Assembly (NCBI RefSeq): GCF_006345805.1
Contig: NC_042998.1
Location: forward strand, 105,958,001 to 106,022,000
DNA length: 64,000 nucleotides
Direction of reading: 5' to 3'
From: Octopus sinensis
Lineage: Eukaryota
The translations under genes and the position numbers were made by a program. The notes under the pieces were generated by a model. That model had not been told where the DNA came from and searched no databases. It was given only the letters and a program-made list of their open reading frames with translations. Numbering within the stretch: position 1 is the stretch's first letter; every line of letters starts with the position of its first letter. Positions 40,637 to 53,289 of this stretch are shown in pieces.

Positions 40637-41439
40637 CACGCACACAAACAACATACATGCATACATTCATACTTGCATGCATACATACATACATACATAC
40701 ATACATACATACATACATACATACATACATACTACATACATACATACATACATACATATCATGATGAGGCTGAAAAAGTTCTAGAGTAATTTTATTAGAC
40801 TTCTCTTGACGTTCAGAAAAGGAAAAAATAAGTACAAAGGACACTAGAAATTTTTGCTATCTCAAAACTGTTCACTAATTTTTTCCACCGAGTTAGCTAA
40901 TTTAATTATTTTAACTAACTACAAAGCAAAGTTGATAGAATTTATTTTATATTTGCGTATACTGTTTAACGTTTTTGATGCCAATTTGCTTAGCACCACC
41001 CTGGCTCTATAATACAGGGTTTCCATTTTAAAGTGATCAGCAATAAAACTTCCCATGAAAATTTCATGTCACTTTATGCCCTAAGCAACAACTTAGTATT
41101 TGAGAAGGTGTTTTGTTAAATTCTTCATTATTTGAAAAATATTTGAAACATAATGTTTTTCAAAAGAAATATGATAACAAAAGTTAATTGGAACTTAAGC
41201 AAGATTTAAGGTCCAAAAATGCAATCTAGAACCTGTCTTTCCGTCACAATTGGTACATCCGTTTGCATTACCTTACGTAGTCTTACTAAAGAGATGTCTT
41301 AGTAGATTACTATTTTAATATGTATACTCTATATATTTTGTCAGAAATATACAGAACAAATATAGAAGACATACAGAACAAATATAGATCAAATATATAC
41401 AACAGAAATATATAGAAAAAATATAGTACACATATACAG

Positions 41440-41700
41440 TTTGCAGAAGAGGGCAAATGGCCAAAGTATCAGGTGCTCTCTGACAGGTTTGTGATCGAGC
41501 CTGTGGCAGTGGAGATCTCTGGCAGTCTTGGTCCCTGGACTACATCCCTACTCACTGCTATCAAGACAGAGATAGTTATCTGCAAGTGCAAGCCCCATGA
41601 TTTGGAGTGGCTGTGTCTACATGTCTCCCTTGTCATCCTCTGGGGCAATACCTTCTTCAGTCTGTCTGCTGGGGCCATGAAACAGACTGACAAGTCTTTT
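41440..41700 (+). mobile_element. CRE-like LINE C-terminal restriction-like endonuclease remnant
   Basis: KYQVLSDRFVIEPVAVEISGSLGP...EWL..VSLVILWGN matches the K.KY...F.PVA.E..G..G ... QR.SL...RGN pattern. Confidence 0.6.
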
Positions 41701-44247
41701 TAATTAAAGAAATTATATAATATCCTGCGAAAGGAGTTGTATGGTCATACACAATTATTATATGTTTCTAAAAAGATTGGTTTAACAAGATCAGTAGAAC
41801 ATTGCTGAAAGTGCCAAGTAAGGTTTGATTATGGCTGCTTGCATTCTGAGTTCAAATTCCAGAGTGTCTTGTAGCCTTGTTGATTAGGAAGCACCTTTGG
41901 AGAACTGGTCCTCATGTAAATTAAAAGATTACATTGGAGTGATTTCCCATGGTGTTTTCCAGGCCTGCACAAGGAACTGATCTCTATATTGCAAAATAAA
42001 CAAACTTGGGAATGTTTTTTTCTAGAACTGTTGGATCATGAGCCAATGAAAGAGCTTCTATATGGTCATTTGACCTTACAACAAAAGCAGCCACATTCAC
42101 ATCAAATCACGCATAACTACCTTGAGTAAGGCAAGAGTGCATTAAATATCTTAAGATCCTACAGATCTCGAAAAAGACAGGATGATTATAACTGAAATTA
42201 TCTTAATTCTGCTAAATCAGTAGTGACCTGGAGTTAAGCAGAACAACAGAAGCTGGTGATACTTAGAGCAACATCTTTTTCTAACCCATTAGTACATATG
42301 TATGATTCTGTGAATTGTGCCATTTGAGAGTTAAGTATTCCTGGGTACTGAAAAAAATACACTGCTGAGGATAGGATATGAACAATCAAACTCTCAGCTG
42401 ATTGTCTGCTACTTTACCTGCTCATCTGACCACTTTTACATCAGATTTTCCCAACCTGTCTGTTACACTATTATGCAGGTATGTCGTGAAATTGTCCAAA
42501 ATCAGAACTTTTTATTTACGATTAACAATGATTACCAAGTTTAACCATGCACATTTCTAGCACAGCACAAAGGCTTTTTATTTAATAGTAATAATGTTAT
42601 TTACAAAAAGGACTGGCTTTTTATCTTCTTTCTTTTGCTTGTATCAGCCATACTGGGGCCATACTGGGGCACCGCCTTGAGGAATTTTAATTGAACAAGT
42701 TGACCGCAGTACTTTTTCTTTTCAAAGCCTGGTATGTATTCCATTGGTCTGTTTTATAAAACCACTAAGTAATTAAGTAATGAGGATGTAAACAAACCAA
42801 CACCAAACCAAATTGTGATAGAGAACAACACAATACATACATACACATACGACAGGTTTCTTTCAGTTTCCATCTACCAAATCTACTCACAAGGCTTGCC
42901 AAAGTTCCATGCAGTAGGACCAAACCCAGAACCATGTGGTTGGAAAGCAAAATTTTTTAAATACAGTCATGCCTGTGCCTAATGTGTACAAGTTATTAAT
43001 AGCATATACATGGTGTACATGATATTAATCTTGAAATCATATGAGGCATGTTGAGTCAGTTTTTATCACTCAGCAGCATTTTAATACTAAAATACATAGA
43101 TATTAAAATAAATTAAATGCTCCAAAATCAGTTTGTCATTATATGTTACTGTAGAAAACCAGCATTGAAGTAAAACATGTTTCACTGTGTTTTACTTGTC
43201 TTTTTTTTTCTTTTTCTTCATTTTGTAAATACACATCCAGAAAGAACCAAGTACAGAGAATGAGTTAATATCTTGTCTAAATATTTGTAAGCAACGACAT
43301 TTAGATTATCATTTATGTTGATCATTTAGAGTTAGCTGATATTTTATTATGGCTAATTAACTTATGGTTTTTATTAGTCAGGCAACAGAATCTTTGTGTG
43401 GCATGTCAATGCAATGAACATCATTATTATTATGTGTATAGTTTTGTTTTGGTTTGTTCAGTGCAAGTAGGAATATCATCTAAAAAGAAAAAAATGGTAA
43501 AGATATTATCTAAAAGAGATGCTTATATCTCATTAAATTAATTTTCTTTTCTTTTTCTCAAACAACAAAACAAATAAACAAAGGAAAGAGAAAAATATTT
43601 TGATGAACAAATTTTAATTCAAAGTGATTTTGTGTTGACAAATTATTTTTTTAAATTTCTATTATAGACTGTTTAAATAACAGAGAGAATATAAATGTCA
43701 CCTTCTAACACAAATGAACATAGAATAGAAACAGCCTTTTATTCTTCAATTGTCCAATATGTATAAAGACTAGATATAGGTTTTCAAACATATTTCCCAT
43801 AACTTTTCAAGCTGTGTATTATATATTATTGATTATTGATCATTATATTTCCAAAATAACAAGTGAATTTTGTGCAAACATATTTTGATGCACTCATACA
43901 CATATATACTTACATATGAACACACACACACAACAAACAAATGTGCAGATGCACACACATAAACATGTGTATCTATGTATAGATATAGTCATATACACAT
44001 ACACACATATAGTTCAAAATTATACAAAAAACAAATGACAGAGATGGGTGAGGGAACAACAAACAGGGTGAATTAGCTTCATGCTCAGGAAAAATGGAAG
44101 AATTCTTTGACATTTGAAGCCAATGCTTTTTCTACAGATAAGAATAAGGAGAGAAAACATTTGGAGAGAGGGAAAAGATGGAGAGGAAAAAACATGTCCG
44201 GATTAATGGCTGCAGATTTTGAATTTACAGGAAGGATAAACACACTA

Positions 44248-44450
44248 GGTGTTGAAAAGTTCCTGGCTTCGGGCAAAAGAAAATAGAGGAAGATCAGTTA
44301 ATTATGATTTTATTCAACATATTCTCCTCTCAGATTCACGCACTTACTACTGTGGTCCTTGAGTTTTTCTAAGCCCTGTAAAGAACTCAGAATTTGGGCC
44401 TCCAGCCAGGCCTTTTGCAATACCCTTAAAGCCACGAACTTTTCAGCACC
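44248..44450. mobile_element. Mariner-type MITE
   Basis: TIRs GGTGTTGAAAAGTTCCTGGCTT / AAGCCACGAACTTTTCAGCACC with TA on both sides; partial copies at about 38365-38440 and 38965-39090. Confidence 0.8.
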
Positions 44451-44476
44451 TACTCATATATATATATATGTAAATG

Positions 44477-44517
<41 letters not shown>

Positions 44518-44520
<3 letters not shown>

Positions 44521-44935
44521 TGCAGGAGTAGCTGTGTGGTAAGTAGCTTGCTTACCAACCACATGGTTCCGGGTTCATTCCCACTGCGTGGCACCTTCAA
44601 CAAGTGTCTTCTACTATAGCCACAGGCCGACCAAAGCCTTGTGAGTGGATTTGGTAGACGGAAACTGGAAGAAGCCCGTCGTATATATGTATATATATAT
44701 GTATGTGTGTATATGTTTGTGTGTCGGTGTTTGTCCCCCCACCATTGCTTGACAACCGATGCTATTGTGTTTACGTCCCCGTAACTTAGTGGTTCAACAA
44801 AAGAGACTGATAGAATAAGTACTAGGCTTACAAAGAATAAGTCCTGGGGTCGATTTACTCGACTAGAAGGTGGTGCTCCAGCATGGCCGCAGTCAAATGA
44901 CTGAAACAAGTAAAAGAGAGTAAAAGAGAAAAGAG
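44518..44935 (+). mobile_element. Long tRNA-derived SINE, young full-length copy
   Basis: CpG-rich, (GTAAAAGA)-like tail; closely similar minus copies at 46620-47020, 51172-51583 and 58525-58895. Confidence 0.9.
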
Positions 44936-45522
44936 AGTATATATATATATAAACAAGCTTAGGCCAGTGGGTAAGAAGTTTGCTTCACAGTCATATGCTT
45001 TCAAGTTTGACCTTACAGTGTAACGTCTTGGATAAATGTCTATTATTACAGCCTCAGTTAAACTCATGAAGGAATTTTGATTAATAGAAAATGTGAAAGC
45101 ATGTTGGGTGGATTGCGCCTGCAATTCAAAAAGCTTCTATCTCATGCTTGAGGATTACATCAACAATGAATGTGCTTGTGTGCAATCCTTAGCTATTTAT
45201 GCTATAATTCAATGTATAGGTAGTTCAGTTGACAGAATATCTGGAATATTTTTCATCCAACAGAGATCCATTTACTTGTTATATATACATATATATGTAT
45301 GTGTGTGTGTGTGTATATATATATGTATATATATACACATATATGTATGTATATACATATGTATACATATATATATATGTATGTGCATATACATATGTAT
45401 ATATATATATGTAAATATATATACACATATATATATGTATATATATTTACATATATATATATACATATATATATATGTATATTCATATACATATGTATAT
45501 ATATATGTAAATATATATATAT

Positions 45523-45575
<53 letters not shown>

Positions 45576-45577
45576 GC

Positions 45578-46105
45578 TGTGCTTGAGAAGACCCGGCAAG
45601 ACAAGTGAGACCATAACCCATGGCCTATGTCAGGGGTGTAACCAGCCCACTTATGCATACCTTTCCTTCATTGGACACTAAACTCTGCTTGCAAAGACCT
45701 GTTGAGGCAAGTGAAACTGAAATCAAATTCAATGACTGGTATCCATGCTAGTGGATCACTAAGAGCACCATCCAAGCATGATCGTTGCCAGAGCAGCTGA
45801 CTGGCTTCCATGCCAGTGGCACATAAAAAGAATCACTCTAGCATGATCATTCCCAGAGTCACCTTACTGGCACGTGAAAAAATATTCGAGTGAGGTCGTT
45901 GCCAGTAGCACCTGACTGGCTCCCACACGGTGGCGCATAAAAGCACTCACTACACTCTCGGAGTGGTTGGCATTAGGAAGGGCATCCAGCTGTAGAAACT
46001 CTACTAGATCAGATTGGAGACTGGTGCAGCCATCTGGTTCGCCAGTCCTCATTCAAATCGCCCAACCCATGCCAGCATGGAAAGCGGACATTAAACGATG
46101 ATGAT
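45578..46105 (+). mobile_element. Long copy of the (GAT)n-tailed repeat with internal subrepeats
   Basis: Starts right after a (TA)n tract; three GGTGGCAC/GTAAAAAG-type units; ends CGGACATTAAACGATGATGATGA. Confidence 0.8.
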
Positions 46106-46106
46106 G

Positions 46107-46151
<45 letters not shown>

Positions 46152-47477
46152 ATACACACACACACACACATGCACGCACACGCACATCCATGCACACACA
46201 CACACACACACACATACATATATAGTATATATATGCTGAGTGATATATATAAGAGACAGATATTCCCCATATAGAATACACTTCATAGCATTCAAAAGGT
46301 TTAAACTTGAGGAGGTAGAGAAGTAAATCTAAGGATAAGCAAGTTTAGTAAGTCGATATACAAAAAATATTAAATACATCAAATACAAAAACATGTACAT
46401 ATGTTTACATATAAAAAGGTCCGACTTACACAGAATAGAAACGATATCAGGAATTAAAGGGGTTGAATAAAAGTTTTATGAGTTCAACAGCTGTTTCTGG
46501 AGGCTTGGTGGTCCAAAATAACGATTGTAAATTGATTTCATCATTGGATAATCCCAGTCTCCATCTTCAGGGAAGAAGTTTTACACTTGAGTTGTTGACA
46601 AAAAAGTGGTTAAATATACTCTTTACTTGTTTCAGTCATTTGACAGCGGCCATGCTGGAGCACCGCCTTTAGTCGAGCAAATCGACCCCAGGACTTATTC
46701 TTTTGTAAGCCCAGTACTTATTCTATCGGTCTCTTTTTGCCGAACCGCTAAGTGACGGGGACGTAAACACGCCAGCATCGGTTGTCAAGCAATGATAGGG
46801 GGACAAACACAGACACACAAACATATACACACACACTTATATATACATATATACGACAGGCTTCTTTCAGTTTCCGTCTACCAAATCCACTCACAAGGCA
46901 TTGGTCGGCCCGGGGCTATAGCAGAAGACACTTGCCCAAGATGCCACGCAGTGGGACTGAACCTGGAACCATGTGGTTGGTTAGCAAGCTACTTACCACA
47001 CAGCCACTCCTGCGCCTATATGGAATGATTTTGTGGAGAACTAAGTGTATTAGAAGGAGAAGCTGGGAGATATTTAGATAGCGAGTAATGGGAGGAGAAA
47101 ATAAATTTCAGTGTTAGGGATTTTTAATGAGACTAGTAGGGGGTCATAGTAGTAGAGGTCGAAGTGTGGGTGAAGAGGGAAGGGTGGTTTAGGTAGTATG
47201 TGAATGGTAACCTCTATGTTTGTATGAAGGCTATAGAGTTAAAGGCTGAGATAGTGACAATGGGAATGGCAATTATTTGAGGGAATTGAGTGGCTGAGGG
47301 AGATTAGTAAGGTATGTAGAGAGATATGAGAGAAGATAGAGGTGGAGAGAGTGGGGTGACTAGGTGGTCAAAATAGTAGTTGTTAGTGGGGCAAAGGAAT
47401 TGGGTTGGTATTGGAGGCAGGTATTTTGGTTTGGAGAGGTGTATGAAATTGAATATAGGTATGTGAATAGGAAAGGG

Positions 47478-47550
47478 TAGAGATATGGCATAGTGGTTAA
47501 GAGAGTGGGCTGCTAACCCCAAGATTCGGAGTTCGATTCCAGGCAGTGAC
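47478..47550 (+). promoter_or_regulatory. tRNA-derived Pol III internal promoter (not a functional tRNA)
   Basis: A box TGGCATAGTGG (47486-47496), anticodon-like arm ggg-CTGCTAA-ccc, B box GTTCGATTCC (47531-47540); acceptor and T stems do not pair fully. Confidence 0.75.
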
Positions 47551-47616
47551 CTGAATAATAGTAATAACATCAAAAAATACCTTAGGAATGAGAATCCAGG
47601 TTCGAAATTTCCCCAA

Positions 47617-47662
47617 GATACCTGATGAAGGCTGGAGGGCATATCAGCTGAAACGTTGTGTT
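47617..47662 (+). ncRNA. Minimal type I hammerhead ribozyme downstream of the tRNA-like head
   Basis: gatac-CTGATGA-a-ggctg gagggcatat cagct-GAAA-CG-TT-gtgtt. Palindromic ACGT stem III and GUU site at 47657; G.U closes stem II in this copy. Confidence 0.75.
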
Positions 47663-47856
47663 AACAATAAATAAAATGAGGACAAATATCTGTCAAATGT
47701 AAATAATGTATAGATTGGTTAGTTTTCAAAATAGTGGGGCAGTGTTAAGTACTTTTTGAAGGTAGGGAGGGTGGGGAGGCTAAGAGGAAAGTGGGAAGTA
47801 GTGGATTAGAAGAATTTGGAAATGTGGGTATGAGAAAGAATAAGAGGAGGTAGTAT

Positions 47857-48270
47857 TTACTTGTGTTTACAAGAATAAATTACATCAGAGAATCTATGAA
47901 GTAATGAAGAGTTATGAAGGCAAAGAATGGTTAATGATTCTTTTAGATATAACTTACACTTGCCAATGTTTGCCTTGTGTGGATGAGCCTCACTTACTAT
48001 GGACCAGGATAGGGTGCATATAATATTTTGAGATTTAAGATTGTGTATATAAGTGGCTAAGGAGGTTGATAATTTAGAATTTGGATTGGAGAAAGAGTTC
48101 ATGTGTGCATGGTAGTGGAGCTTGAAATGTACAGTGCTGCCGATATATACCCTTGCTTGGTGGTAGCATGGTGCTATAACAAGGCACTTGTAGACAATAT
48201 TTTTACTTAGACAGGCGCTTCCAATATGGTATAGTTGAAAAGCTCAACAATTTCAAGTTTTCCTACCTGC
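47857..48270 (-). mobile_element. Penelope-like element GIY-YIG endonuclease remnant
   Basis: In-frame upstream of ORF 47857-48102: CLSKNIVYKCLV..ARVYIGSTVHFKLHYHAHMNSF..SLATYIHNLK..SWSIV..KCKLYLKE..RFSDVIYSCKH (VY/YIG motifs); two TGA stops at 48253-48255 and 48244-48246. Confidence 0.85.
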
Positions 48271-48413
48271 TCTGTGGTTGGAATTTACTGCTAGTGAGGT
48301 TGAGATCCATCGGTTCATTGTTAGTGGGGGAGAACCTGAAGTGCAATCTGTAATGGTATTGGATTGGGAGGTGGTGCCACAGCTAGAATTTGGTGTTACA
48401 TAAGTAGGATTAT

Positions 48414-48462
<49 letters not shown>

Positions 48463-48780
48463 GTATGTAATACAATTTACTGAACCTTCAGTTTTTAATA
48501 TTTTAGACTACTGGTTTTAAATTGATGTTAATCAAATTAATAGCCAATTTTTCACCCTCGTTTTAATTATATGTGTGTGTGTGTGTATACACACAAATAC
48601 ACACACACACACACACACACACACACCACACACACACACACGCACACACACACACACGCACACACAGATACATATCCTGGAAGCATCAATTTTTTGAGCT
48701 CTAACATTCAAAAGCTCTTTCTTACAACCTTATTTTTATACCTTACTTTTCAGATGTCAGGTATCAGATTGACTCAGCAA

Positions 48781-49745
48781 ATGAAAAGGCAAGCTGTAAC
48801 TGTTGCCTTGAAAGCAAAGAATAGTGATATAGAGAAAGCTGGCTTCCTGAAATCTGCCCAATTCTTCATTGTCAAAATTTGAAAGGAGCTAGAAACTGCT
48901 GGTAGAGATCTAAGATTAGCAGCTAAATTCCAAACACATACAGTGGATCCTAATACTATCAGAACACATAACTTTCTACAAAATGTCCTAGAAATTATTG
49001 ATAAAACCATGATAAAACAATCAAAACCATTGCAAAGGACCTCAAGGTTTCACAATGCACCATTAGAAGAGTTGTGCATGTGGATGTCTGGTACAAATCA
49101 TATGTGATGCAGAAGGGTCAGTTTATGTCAGATGTGATGAGAGAATTGTTCAATCAATGCAAAACACTTAAGTTAAAACATGAAGAGACTAGAATGCTAT
49201 GTTTTTTGTCCAATGAGAAAAACTTTGATCAAAACCAAAACGTAAGAACAACAGATGATTATGCAGAGACCTAAACATGTTTCCAATAGACATGCATACT
49301 AATTTCCTTACAACTGTGACGATTCTGAGAGTAATCAGCAATGAGGAAAATCATACCTCTTCCATTTTTCCATAGGGCTTAAGTGCCAATGATGCTGTCT
49401 ACACAGAGGTGTTGGAAAAAGTTGTGTGGACCTGCATAAACAGAGTACATAATGGAAGACCATACATCTTCCAACAAGATTCTGCACTGTCTCAGGAGGC
49501 TAGGACAACTCAAGGGCAGATGTGTGCCAGGCTCTATGATCATGTTCACCCAGAAACATGGCCTCCTAGATCACCAGACCTCAATCAACTAGACTGAGGG
49601 TCAACACCCTCATAACACCATACAATCTCTCAAGTCACTATATCCAGCACTATGTTGTCCAAAATTGATCTGATTTACTCATGTTAATGCTTTTGACCCT
49701 GTATTCATGTAGTCATTGATGCTAACAGTGAATTCATTAAATATG
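48781..49745 (+). mobile_element. Tc1/mariner transposase pseudogene (maT/DD37D-like)
   Basis: FLSNEKNFDQ..; GRPYIFQQDSA..; WPPRSPDLNQLD; frameshifted. Subfamily call is from motif resemblance only. Confidence 0.8.
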
Positions 49746-49950
49746 TGTGAAAAAGGATTCTCAAGATCATCTAGGTCAATTTATTTTCAAATACAGCTTT
49801 TCTTTGATGAGCTCTGTGTCTATTTCTAAATTCACACTAGGTATAAGTGCAGGAGTGGCAGTGTGGTATGTAGCTTGCTTACATGATTCTGGGTTCAGTT
49901 TCGCTGCATGTCACCTTGGCCAAGTATCTTCTACTAAACTAAATCGAACA

Positions 49951-50210
49951 CAGGGGTGTGTGTGCTGTTAGTTCGTGGGTCAACAGTGGTTTTTAGGATT
50001 AAGAGAATATATTCTCTATGTACCTGGTGTAAAAAATACCTGAAAGTAAGTCAGTCAAGTGAGACAACTCACATCAAGTCCTTTCACATTACATCTTGCT
50101 TGACTGTGACTTACTTTCAGATGTCTTTTACACCAGGCACATAGAGAATATATTCTCTTATGCCTAAAAACCAGAGCCGACCTACAAACTAACAACATGC
50201 ACACCCTCTG
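49951..50210. mobile_element. Fold-back MITE (about 110-bp arms), Tc1-like ends
   Basis: 49951-50059 is approximately the reverse complement of 50099-50210; ends CAGGGGTGTG / CACACCCTCTG; flanks CA and TA; follows a SINE head at about 49845-49940. Confidence 0.75.
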
Positions 50211-50502
50211 TATGTGTGTTTGATTTTGCTCTTATATATATATCAATTCCCATCCCCACATTTTCACACCTACACATACACACATGCGCACGTCAAGACC
50301 GCCAGTCCTCTTTCACACGCACATATGTACTCTCTTACACACACATGCACCTTCATTTTGGGGATCATCTTTACTTTCTTATCTCCCCTACTTCTTCACC
50401 CTCCTGTGTGACCCTTCTTTCCGGCAGTCACCATGATAGATCGGTAGCCACTACACACATTTTTTTCTCTCCTTGTTTCTCTCCTTGTTTCTTTCTATGT
50501 TC

Positions 50503-50538
50503 CTTTCTGTAGAAGAGTGTAGGCTCGAAATGTAAAAG
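50503..50538 (+). ncRNA. Hammerhead-like motif with non-canonical position 6, in a PLE pLTR fragment (about 50220-50640)
   Basis: cttt-CTGTAGA-a-gagt gtag gctc-GAAA-TG-TA-aaag. The 5' part of the same unit recurs at 63830-64000, cut by the window edge. Confidence 0.5.
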
Positions 50539-50655
50539 ACTTTTTCAATTCCTGAGCATTATACTAATACATCTGTTTGTTTTCTACACCACCTGTCTTC
50601 ATCATTTGTTTTTTTCATGAATTCTCCCCATATATATATATGATGATATATATAC

Positions 50656-50752
<97 letters not shown>

Positions 50753-50997
50753 AAGATAGATAGATAGATAGATATAGATATGTGCATGTATGTATACATA
50801 TATACATGTATCTTTCTACTCCTGGTAACTTCAGCAATGTAATCACACATGTACTGTTGGAAATTTCTTTTCCTTCTTTGGACTTTTCCCTTTTTCCTTT
50901 CCAAATGTTAAGTTAATACATTCCTTGTGCATCTCGTCTTGTTGTCTGTTAATTTTATTATTTGTTTTATGAAATTAATTGTTTATTTGAATTGTCC

Positions 50998-51075
<78 letters not shown>

Positions 51076-51087
51076 GTATATACATAC

Positions 51088-51120
<33 letters not shown>

Positions 51121-51121
51121 T

Positions 51122-51152
<31 letters not shown>

Positions 51153-51662
51153 CATATACATACATATACTCTTTTACTCTTTTACTCTTTTACTTGTTTC
51201 AGTCATTTGACTGCGGCCATGCTGGAGCACCGCCTTTTAATCGAGCAACTTGACCCCGGGACTTATTCTTTTGTAAGCCCAGTACTTATTCTATCGGTCT
51301 CTTTTGCCGAACTGCTAAGTGACGGGGGACGTAAACACACCAGCATCGGTTGTCAAGCAATGCTAGAGGGACAAACACAGACACACAAACATATACACAC
51401 ACATACATACATATATATACATATATACGACAGGCTTCTTTCAGTTTCCATCTACCAAATCCACTCACAAAGCATTGGTTGGCCCGGGGCTATAGCAGAA
51501 GACACTTGCCCAAGATGCCGCGCAGTGGGACTGAACCCGGAACCATGTGGCTGGTTAGCAAGCTACTTACCACACAGCCACTCATATATTTTTTTTTTTT
51601 TTCTAGTTTCAGCTCAGAGCTGCGGCCATGCTGATGCACCACCATTTTGTGCTACACTGTTA

Positions 51663-52755
51663 TTACGACGAACCTCGTCTAATATGTGGCACTTGGTGAA
51701 AAATGGAGTTTGATATAGCTACTCTTATTTGCACCTCTTGCCGTGAGGTAGGTTCATCTGGGACTCTTGACAGGAAGATGTCCAGCTTTGATTTAAAAAC
51801 CACTACATCTACTTTGTGCAAGTTCCTCAGAGTCTTTGGGAGAATATTAAAAAGCTGTGGGCCCTTGAAACCCAGGCTGTTGCAGAAGCTGGTCCTGAAG
51901 CATGATGGCATTGCTGGGATCTTTGGCACTATGCAGTGTCGTCCCGTTCTAGCATTGGTGTAGCTTACAATGCCAAAATTTGGCACAATTCCTTCCAGGA
52001 TCTTCCAGACATATATCACTGCATACCTCTCCCGTCTTCTCTCCAGGGAGTAGAGTCTTAGCTGTTTCAACCTTTCCCAGTAGCTGAGCTGTTGCAAAGA
52101 GACGATCTTCTTTGTGAATCTTCTCTGGATTGCTTCAAGGTCCGCTGTTAATTTTACACTGGTGGGTGACCATAGCTGTGAGCAGTAATCCAGGCGACTG
52201 AGGACAAATGTCCGCCAGAGGACCATCATGGTTTCCTTATCTCTGGTTCTGAATGTTCTTAGGATCCACCCAGCCAGTCCTCTGCACTTTGTCGCCATCC
52301 TGGAAATGTGCACTTGGAAAGAGGTATCATCACTCATGTCGATACCCAGGTCCCTCACAGACTTAGGCTCTGGGATTGAAATTCCCTGTGGACCGGTGTA
52401 TCCTGTAAGTTTAATATTCAGTTTTGGATGCTGGTAGCGCAGGGCCTGGAATTTTTCAGCATTAAACTGCATATTATTATCCTCCGCCCATCTGTAGATT
52501 GAGTCCAACTCCTGCTGCCGGTGTGCAACATCGCTGGGGTTCTGTATTTTCTGCGAGACTTTCGTATTGTCTGCATAGCTGGCTAGAGTGGCTATCCGGG
52601 CATTTGAGGGCATATCTGAGAGGGACAACTATAAGAAGCAGTGGTCCCAAGACAGTGCCCTGTGGAACACCGCTCACTATTTGTGTGTTCATAGAGGTGG
52701 CTCCATTAACCACTACTGCCTGACTCCTATCTTTCAGGAAGTTATGCAACCACAC
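51663..52755 (-). mobile_element. CR1-clade LINE, 5'-truncated, RT to C-terminus
   Basis: [13 protein letters not shown], one frameshift, then YADNTK..RDLGI..SRLDYCSQLWSP..LYSLERRRERY; YADD mutated to YADN. Confidence 0.9.
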
Positions 52756-52757
52756 TC

Positions 52758-53242
<485 letters not shown>

Positions 53243-53289
53243 GGGAGGATAAGTAAAAACTTATACACACCCTTGTTTCTGTAATTTAT

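Noticed and set aside
47478-47550. tRNA-Ser(GCT) gene
   Set aside because: The anticodon loop matches, but the acceptor and T stems and the long variable arm are missing; treated as a SINE-type head.
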